64,000 nucleotides of DNA, taken from NCBI GenBank assembly GCA_951406725.2, contig OX597819.1, forward strand, positions 61,504,001 to 61,568,000. Direction: 5' to 3'. Under the pieces are notes generated by a model. It ran no database searches. It saw only the letters and a program-made list of their open reading frames with translations, and was not told the origin of the DNA. Positions 54,975 to 64,000 of this stretch are shown one piece after another. The stretch's first letter is position 1, and each line of letters begins with the position of its first letter. A program made the position numbers and the translations under genes. The stretch is from Octopus vulgaris (lineage: Eukaryota).

Positions 54975-56099
54975 ATGTAATTTATAACATATATTATATA
55001 TAAGTAATTATATATCATATGTGCATGTATTGTGCGTGAGCGAGAAAGAGTGTGTGTGTGAGTATGCGTGTGTGCACGTGCGTGTGTGTGTGCGTGCATG
55101 TGTGTGTGTATGCGTTTATCATGGCTAAATATGGATTGGTTTCTTTCCACGAGGAAAGTAAAAGTGGGACAGAAAGAGCAAGTCAGCAGCGAGAATAAGA
55201 GATAAGCATATGTTCTTGTGTTTTTATACGAAATATTTAAACGCGTAACCTAAGTGAAAGCAACTCTATTACATCTTTAATTTCCATTATTAATTTTTCA
55301 TAGAAGATGATTTTTTTTTTTTTGCTTTTATTTTGTACATTTTCTTTGAATTCTCAAGACTGTTTGTTACATCTTTATCAATGAAGACATAAAGTTAATT
55401 TTTAATTGTTTTGAAGAGTTTACGTCTATTTATCAGTCTAATAAAAAAAAGACGATACTTAACGAAGTGTAGTTGTTGTATTATAGTTAGTCAGAAGATT
55501 GTAAGCTAAATACTGTTGTAAGTTCTATAAAACAGATGAGTGTTATGAGATACAGGTTGTCAATAGGAAGAAAAACGAGGGTAGGGGGAAGAGAAGATTT
55601 CCAGTCAATTTGCAGCTCTAGGAAGGGATGACTAGAGGAAGTTTCTAGTGCGGTGTTTGGGATGTCGAAAGGAAGAAGGATCGGTGCTGCGAGTGGGCTT
55701 GGTGGAGATGGTATGTGGCTCTTTGATTCAAATTGAGAAGAGGTCATTGTAGTAACGTATGAAGAAACAAAGAAATTCCACTGGTTTTATCGGACTGGTG
55801 ATTGAATATTTACTAGTATACCAGTCAATGATGTTTGTGTGTATAGCAACAACGCCGCTCCAGATTTATGAGTAATTGTAATATCGCTCGCACTTAAAAT
55901 TCGTTGAGGGTTAACAACTGAGCAGAGTTTAAGCTTAATTGATTTACCTTTGAAAAAGAACAATAAAAAACAAACCTTTGTGAGGTATGCGGGAGAGATA
56001 ATCGAAAATTACGAATCCTTGTATTTGTAGGGACTCTGAAAGTTATAGTTGGGCGTTAACTGTTCATGAACTGAAGGAAACAATTTCGTTCTGTTTACG

Positions 56100-56500
56100 A
56101 GCGGTTTCGGATTGAGTCCCTTTGCGCGGCACCTGGAGCCTAAAATGTTATCCATTAGATAGCGCTCTCAGTGTTCACAGGTTTATAATAATTCTTTTGC
56201 CTTCTGCTGTAGGCGCGACTGACAAGTATGTGTGGAATCCCGTCGTATATAGATATGTGTGTATGTATAAATATGTGTGTGAGTCTGTGTGTATCTGTCC
56301 TTGTGTTTGTCACCACACAGCTTGAAAACCGATGCTAGTTTGTTTACGTCCCCTTAACTTAGCTGTTAACTAAAAGTAACCGATAGAATACATAACAGAT
56401 TTAAAGGGGGAAAAATAAATGTTGGAGTTGATTTGTTCGACTAAGCCCCTTCAATGTAGTGTCACGGAGTGGCTGCAGTCCAATGACTGACAACTGAACG
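56100..56500 (+). mobile_element. SINE A, degenerate, with 65-bp insert
   Basis: Head ...gagtccctttgcgcggcacctgg, then the insert, then ccttctgctgtag... and the tail gcagtccaatgactga. Confidence 0.6.
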
Positions 56501-57451
56501 AAGAAAAAAAAAAGACATCGAATATTTTTGCCTTTCACTGAAATGATCTTCTTTGTGTCAAAGCCTCGCCAGTCTCTCCGTATTCTTGTAATCATCTTTC
56601 ATTATCCCAACAAGAAACTGATGTATAGGTCACCAACCACGTGTTCCAGTTAAAAAGATTGGGTAAACATTCTTTTGAAAGTCAGCAGCCTCGTAGAAAC
56701 ATTAAGGGAGCTAACATTCTTTTCACTCCACCCCCTTTTTCTTCTCTCTCCCTAACATGCCCTTGAGAAACAGGTTTTAATACTCTGGCGGGTAATATAT
56801 ATTTAAAGAAGAGCTTGTTTGGCAGCTGTCAACGCAACTGAAAATCCAGCGAGCAAATTTATCCCTTTACATCACAGCATACAAAGAATGAGTGCTTTGC
56901 CCATAAAATTAATGAGATTGCACTCACTTCAAAATCCATGGAATCGCAAATATAAATAATTTAATATTAAATCTGTCTTCAATAATGAAATTAAAGAGAA
57001 AAGATGTTTCCCCAAATGTGTAATTAATTTAATCGAGGGAAGAACCCCAACACGATTAACTTGTTGTCAACAGACAATGGAATATAAAAGTATTCAACCC
57101 TGGAGCTAAAATGTTATCCATTAAATAGCGCTCTCAGTGTTGTCAGGTTTATAACAATTCTTTTGGTGAGATGCCAAAATAATTGACTTCGTTTTCTGAT
57201 ATGGCTTCAACGGATGCTTTAATCTGAAACGGAATTAATTTCTATTGATATAATTCCGATACATAACCATGAAATTATTAAATTACATTATGAATTATAA
57301 CACATTTTGAATTCAACAATGTTAAATCTTTTTTGAAATAGTTGATTATCGTCTGTTTTATTGAATGAGATCGAGTAAGGAAAGTGACGTAGTGTAAAAT
57401 ACAGCACACACTTTACTTCTTTAATCGTACGAAGAGGACAATGTCATTTGT

Positions 57452-57762
57452 TCTGGCTTAATGGTTAGGCTGTTCGGCTGCGATCGTATGGTCGTGCGTT
57501 CGATACTCGGCGGTGCATTATGTTCTTGAACAAGACATTTTATTTCACATTGCTCCAATCAACTCTGCTGGCAAAATGAGTAGTACCCATATTTCAAAGG
57601 GCTAGCCTTGTCAAACTGTGTCATGCTAAAGATCCCTGGAACTACATTAAGGTTATGTGTGTCTTTGGAGTGCTTGGCCACTCGCACGTTAATTTTACGA
57701 GCAGGCTGTTCTGTTGATCAGTTCAACAGGAACACTCGTCGTCTTGACCGACAGAGTGCCAT
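57452..57762 (+). mobile_element. SINE C, full length
   Basis: Collinear with 26713-27002 and 13560-14242. Confidence 0.8.
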
Positions 57763-58085
57763 TTGTTTTCAATATATTTTGTTTAGTTTCTTGGTGTGAG
57801 TGAAAGTGTTCGTTGTATGTGTATGTGAGTGTAGGTATTTTGTATGTATGCCTGTGCGTGGATGTCGGTTTTAATAATAATATATATTCCAGTGAATTGA
57901 AGTAGTAGACAGTTATTGGGATGAGGGTAGTGTAGGTGATGAGTTGAACTCATGCGCGTTCTGGCGACAACATTATTATTTTGGTAAAAGGAAATATATG
58001 TCGATCTCAGAAGTCACTAAATCTGGATTTTATACCACCAACACCATCACACCATTAGAATTTTCAATCATTAATATATTCTATA

Positions 58086-58249
58086 TGGCGTAGGAGTGGC
58101 TGTGTGGTAAGTAGCTTGCTTACTAACCACATGGTTCCGGGTTCAGTCCCACTGCGTGGAACCTTGGGCAAGTGTCTTCTACTATAGCCTCGGGTCGACC
58201 TAAGCCTTATGAGTGGATTTGGTAGACGGAAACTGAAAGAAGCCCGTCG

Positions 58250-58309
<60 letters not shown>

Positions 58310-58528
58310 TTTGTGAGTCTGTGTCTGTCCCCCCAACATCGTTTGACAACCGATGCTGGTGTGTTTACGTCGCTGTAACTTAGCGGTTCGGCAAAAGTGA
58401 CCGATAGAATAAGTACTAGGCTTACAAAGAATAAGTCCTGGGGTCGATTTGCTCGACTAAAAGGCGGTGCTCCAGCATGGCCACAGTCAAATGACTAAAA
58501 CAAGTAAAAGAGTAAAAGAGTAAAAGAA
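58086..58528 (+). mobile_element. SINE A, full length
   Basis: Complete unit with (gtaaaaga)n tail. Confidence 0.92.
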
Positions 58529-58975
58529 ATAATAACGCTTCGTGTCTTACAACTCTTAAGACTGGTTACACGGTTCTCATGGTGTAAAAGTTACCGAGAT
58601 CAGAACATTCCACCTGAACGGTATACCAATTTGATACAGGATTACATATCTACTGCTGTGTGGACTAAGACAACCTGAAATAAGTGTTTAAGAAAACTTA
58701 GCACCGCCTGAGAATCGAAACTGTGATCTTGGGATCGGAAGTGTAATACACCTATCATCTAGGTTACGTTATATTCATTTGGCTTATTGTCTTCATTCAT
58801 TGTATGAAAGCTAAAATGATGCAAAGTGCATCGTGACCAGCGATGTATAACAACATCTGACAGTCTGCTCGATCATCTGATCATGTGATATTCACAAATA
58901 TTTTACATTCTCCGCTTGTACGGTGTATGTCTTCTTGCCAAATTTTTAATGGTTAAATTATGTGTGGGAAGTATA

Positions 58976-59491
58976 TCTATATATATAAAACTGTTGTTGT
59001 GTGAGTGTCTGTCCCCTTCGATTTAGATTCCTAACTACTCCCACATTTTGCGGTGCAGTTTAACCAAATTCGAGTATCTTATAGTCGTGATTCATATCGA
59101 GCCCGTCTGGCTATTAGCGCGCGTCTACGATGAGTCTACGATTTTAAAAATAATTTAACATCATTTTTTATTCCATTTTAATGCATAAAATGCATCGTAT
59201 GTCGATGGCGGCGGAGTTGGCGTCCACGCTCACAGCTGCACCTGTGTTGCTTTTCCCCCTTCTTCCCTCCCTCGTGAAGCTGTGGGGAATGGAGTGTAAG
59301 GAAATCAACGTCGTAAAGCATTGTCAAGGAGACCAGCGTTCTTTTAGAACAACGACTTCATGGCTTGAAGACACCAAAACAGAAATGGCTAAGAAAGCCC
59401 GAATTGGCATCTATAAGGGAAGTAACTCTCTAAAAATGCTTATATAGTTATTTCCCTTACAAACCCGAGCAACGCCGGGCGATACTGCTAG
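58976..59491 (+). mobile_element. Non-autonomous Helitron (copy 2)
   Basis: A|TC start, 3' hairpin + CTAG|T; near-identical to 14290-14802. Confidence 0.9.
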
Positions 59492-59616
59492 TTTAATATA
59501 AACGATGAGCTACTCATAAAATTATCATAAAAATTCCATTATTCAATTTCAAAATTTACATGTCCGGGTGACTGTAAAGCATTTAGCTTCCCAGTAGTGC
59601 AATGTATTACTTCGTA

Positions 59617-59775
59617 ACAGGAGTGGCTGTGTGGTAAGTAGCTTGCTTACCAACCATATAGTTCCGGGTTCAGTCACACTGCGTGGTACCTTGGGCAAGT
59701 GTCTTCTACTATAGTCTCGGGCCTATCAAAGCCTTGTGAGTGGATTTGGTAGACTGAAACTGAAAGAAGCCCGTC

Positions 59776-59842
<67 letters not shown>

Positions 59843-59888
59843 TATGTTCTTGTCCCCCCAACATTGCTTGACAACCGATGCTGGTGTC

Positions 59889-59947
<59 letters not shown>

Positions 59948-60319
59948 GAGCACTTCTTTCAGTTTCCGTCTACCAAATTCACTCACAAAGCTTTGGTCGG
60001 CCCGAAGCTATAGTAGATGACACTTGCCCAAGGTGCCACGCAGTGGCACTAAACCCGGAACCCGGTTGGTAAGCAAGCTACTTACCACGCAGCCACTTCT
60101 GTGCCTGAGCTCTCTTTACTCTTTTACTTGTTTCAGTCATTTGACTGCGGCCATGCTGGAGCACCGCCTTTAGTCGAGGAAATCGACCCCGGGACTTATT
60201 CTTTGTAAGCCCAGTACTTATTCTATCGGTCTCTTTTGCCGAACCGCTAAGTGACGGGGACGTAAACACACCAGCATCGGTTGTCAAGCAATGCTAGGGA
60301 GACAAACACAGACACACAA

Positions 60320-60350
<31 letters not shown>

Positions 60351-60503
60351 CATATATACGACAGGCTTGTTTCAGTTTCCGTCTACCAAATCCACTCACA
60401 AGGCATTGGTCGGCCCGGGGCTATAGCCCAAGATGTCACGCAGTGGGACTGAACCCGGAACCGTGTGGCTGGTTAGCAAGCTACTTACCACACAGCCACT
60501 CCC
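59617..60503. mobile_element. Cluster of three SINE A copies (59617-59888 +, 59950-60105 -, 60112-60503 -)
   Basis: Family motifs in opposite orientations around an (AAT)n tract. Confidence 0.85.
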
Positions 60504-60702
60504 GCTCATTTAAAAGCTGTTCATTTAAAAGCAGTAAAATGGAACTACTTGCTTTGAAGGGTAGGTAAGCCATTTCATTCTCACTTTCATTTTATCCATA
60601 ATTCATTCGACACTTGTTTCTATGTACCCCATGTATTGTTTTGACTATTTTTGTGTTGTCCCTTCTCTATTGAGGCCTTGTGCCTAATTAAAGAAATAAG
60701 GA

Positions 60703-60863
<161 letters not shown>

Positions 60864-60870
60864 TATCATG

Positions 60871-60945
<75 letters not shown>

Positions 60946-61423
60946 GAGTGAGCGAGCAGAGCATGCCATCAAAGTGACACTGGGGTAAAATATACGAAGC
61001 CCAGTATACCCATCATGACTACCCGTCTGATAAGGGTACACTAGGCACATGCATCACAACCATATGTGCGCGACATGGTGATCTCATATCAAGATAAACA
61101 GCACATGACCTTGCAGGTGGAGCCCAGTTAGAATTTTCTTCAGATCGAGTAACCCATCCCGCTCAAAAGGTCCCTGAATAAGGGTTGTTTAAGGACGTTG
61201 AACGAAACACCCATGTTTCCAGAGGTGAATTATTCAAACCCCAAAGAATCCTTCTCAACACATGGCTATGAGGCTCTCCCACTACTTCTGCTCGTGATCA
61301 GAGATGCACGTATCGTCAGCCACTAAGGGACATGCTCAACTGGTTAAGGTCAAACAACTGACAAGCAAATCTGTGGTATTGAGCAGAATATTTGCTGTAG
61401 CTCATCTTTTATACCAAGACAAA
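60946..61423 (-). mobile_element. Family F repeat embedded in (TAA)n
   Basis: Flanked on both sides by (TTA)n; homologous to 46500-46888. Confidence 0.8.
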
Positions 61424-61483
<60 letters not shown>

Positions 61484-61700
61484 CAGACTTGGCCAAAAGT
61501 CATCCGACAGTAACCCAAAACCAATTAACTCAGGATTTATCTATGTTTAACAACTGAGTGAATTTATTAAAAGCAACTAAATATGAAACATCATGAAAAT
61601 TGTGCAAACTGAAGTCCTTCTTGAGCAACACATTCCAGTCAATGCAGGTAGTATTTATGGAATTTTGATTTACTGTCGGGTGACCATTGGCCAACCCTTA
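61484..61700. mobile_element. Tc1/mariner-type MITE
   Basis: ~30-bp imperfect TIRs cagacttggccaaaagtcatccgacagtaa / ttactgtcgggtgaccattggccaaccct in a TA context. Confidence 0.7.
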
Positions 61701-61948
61701 TATACATACATACATACATACATACATACATACATACATACATACATACACACACACGTAAGCACATAAATGCAAATCAAGGTGCAAAAAATAGTACTCG
61801 AATACCAAAGGTAGAATATGATCGCAACGGTCCGACGAACGATAACGTGAAACACTGAGTAACAGTTTGTGGAGATGTTTTCGGCTTTAGTAAAAAGTAT
61901 ATGTGTATGTGTGCGTGTGCATGCGTGCGCGCGTGTGTGTACGTATAA

Positions 61949-61949
<1 letters not shown>

Positions 61950-62014
<65 letters not shown>

Positions 62015-63143
62015 GGCAGTTTGTCTGTTTGTCTGTGTGTCTGTCAGGTTGTATCCTCACCCTGACAACGGCTTTCAACCGATTCTGAAGAAACTTGACA
62101 CACACATAGCCCAATGTCATAATTCAAAACTAACGCAGCGAAAATTTTGAAAAGTTCCCCCAGTTCTGAAAAAAATCGATAAATTCGACATGGGGTCGGG
62201 AATCTAAGCTTTTCATATGCAACACATTTTCAGTTGTAGTTTTCGCAAATTGCAATCGATTTTCACCAAACTCATGGTGAAGCTTAATGTTACCCTAAGA
62301 AACTTAATTCTGACGTTAGTTTTCCATGCAATACCTTACCATCAGAAAAAATCGATAAAATCATGCCATTTTGGGAAATCGCGTTCAAATTCAAGATGAC
62401 ATATTTTCGACAATATCTTTAACAAATTGGCAGGAATTTTTTTTAATTCACAGCGAGCATCATGTCTGCTCCAAGGAGCTATATGACCCTTTTTATTCCA
62501 ATAGGATACTTTAATACTGGAAAAAATCGGTTAATTAAATCATATGTGGCACACATAGCAAACCGATTTGTGTATTAAACACAAACCACAGACTGTCTAG
62601 AGGACGCAACTCGACCTTCTTTAACTCTCTTACTCCCCCAAATAACTATCAAACAGCTATCGATAATTCAACCCACAGGAGGAAATCTAGACTTAATCTT
62701 CAATGTATCCCATATACAAACCAAAGGTTACATCGGAACCTCCAGACTAACCTAAGTTTTGGTGAACCAATTCCTACCATTATGCTCATCAGGCATTTGG
62801 TTCCACCTAAACAGTGCAACGGCACACGTCTGGTTGTGAAACATTTGGCACCACATTTAATAACGGCCACAATACTTACCGGTTGTGGGAAGGGAGAAGA
62901 CATCTTCATTCCAGGCATGCACCTTCAACCGTCGGGCGCTGACCTACCAATCCACTTCAAGCGTTCTCAGTTTCCTGTTAAACTCTGCTCCGCAATGTCC
63001 ATCAATAAATCCCAAGGCCAAACGCTACAAGTCGCTGGGTTACATTTTGGCGAACAGTGCTTCGCCCACGGCCAACTCTACGTGGGCTGTTCACGCATTG
63101 GAAGGCTCTTACATACCCGGGCAACGCCGGGCTATGCTGCTAG
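61950..63143 (+). mobile_element. Internally deleted Helitron carrying a PIF1 helicase fragment
   Basis: Helitron-like 5' region (gtctg repeats, aaccgattctgaagaaactt), a helicase relic, and 3' hairpin cccgggcaacgccggg + CTAG|T. The 5' boundary is hidden in microsatellite. Confidence 0.8.
62752..63102 (+). pseudogene. Helitron RepHel PIF1-family helicase C-terminal fragment
   Basis: Translates IMLIRHLVPPKQCNGTRLVV...FKRSQFPVKLCSAMSINKSQGQTL...CFAHGQLYVGCSR (PIF1 motifs V-VI). Confidence 0.9.
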
Positions 63144-63157
63144 TATATATATATATA

Positions 63158-63369
63158 CTAGCAGCATAGCCCGGCGTTGCCCGGGTATGTAAGAGCCCCT
63201 AGTAGGCAACGACTAATCCCGATCTAGTCCTTTCCCTCTAGGGAACGAAGGCACATGTGTAGGTTGCAATGTCTTCTCTTCACTCCAATACTTCTGTGTA
63301 TACGACGTTCCTAGCTGTCCCTTTGGGCGAAAACATGAAAACATCATTGCGCCTTCCAACGACTAATCC

Positions 63370-63405
<36 letters not shown>

Positions 63406-63427
63406 TTATGAGTATAACGACTAATCC

Positions 63428-63430
<3 letters not shown>
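63158..63430 (-). mobile_element. Second Helitron-type element, inverted, sharing the 40-bp 3' terminus
   Basis: 63158-63197 is the exact reverse complement of 63104-63143, while the body is unrelated. aacgactaatcccga occurs three times; the 5' end is uncertain. Confidence 0.65.
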
Positions 63431-63483
<53 letters not shown>

Positions 63484-63492
63484 TTATGAGTA

Positions 63493-63640
63493 TAAGAAGC
63501 TTGCTTCCCAACCACATGGTTCCGGGTTCCGTCCCAGTGCATGGCACCTTGGGTAAGTGTCTCTTACTATAGCCTCAGGCTGACCAAAGCCTTGTGTGTG
63601 GATTTGATAGACGGAAACTGAAAGAAGCCCGTCGTATATA
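63493..63640 (+). mobile_element. SINE A head fragment
   Basis: taagaagcttgcttcccaaccacatggttccggg...gacggaaactgaaagaagcccgtcg. Confidence 0.8.
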
Positions 63641-63774
63641 TATAGAGAGATAGATATACAAGCATACATGCATACATACATACATACATTCATACATATA
63701 GGCTGTGTTTTCCCAAATGGAGGCGAACACCTTTCTCTACGTGATCGGCTTGAAAAATTGTTATATATATAATT

Positions 63775-63874
<100 letters not shown>

Positions 63875-64000
63875 TGTTTGTTGCAGTATATACCCATACA
63901 TCTAAAGCAATTTTTCTTCAGGGGCCCTTAAAATACTATTGTGGATCCCCATGACAAGGCTGGCCCTTTGAAATACAGGTACTACTCATTTGAAATATAG

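Overview
AT-rich eukaryotic (animal) intergenic or intronic DNA that is almost entirely microsatellites and transposable-element relics. The repeat repertoire looks like an octopus/cephalopod genome; this is inferred from pattern recognition, not a database hit. No host protein-coding exon, rRNA, genuine tRNA gene or CRISPR array can be supported, and almost all ORFs in the track are microsatellite or SINE artefacts. Real coding relics are fragments of an R4/Dong-type LINE (8014-8436, in a TAA repeat), a CR1/L2-group LINE 3' end (16403-17279), an RTE LINE 3' end (47371-47877), a Penelope-like reverse transcriptase (51115-51570) and a Helitron PIF1 helicase (62752-63102). Four tRNA-headed SINE families (my labels A-D) occur in dozens of copies, alongside non-autonomous Helitrons, Helentron-type ends and MITEs. 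Highlights: (1) about ten minimal type-I hammerhead-ribozyme-like motifs in short non-coding elements at (TA)n tracts, some inside long fold-backs, suggesting a retrozyme-like set of non-autonomous Penelope derivatives; (2) a covarying 3' stem-loop shared by SINE A and the CR1/L2-type LINE; (3) recurrent self-nested composite SINE B arrays; (4) a perfect 94-bp palindrome made of two tail-to-tail Helitron 3' ends; (5) a 32 x 20-bp minisatellite born from a SINE tail. Coordinates were read by eye and element boundaries are approximate.
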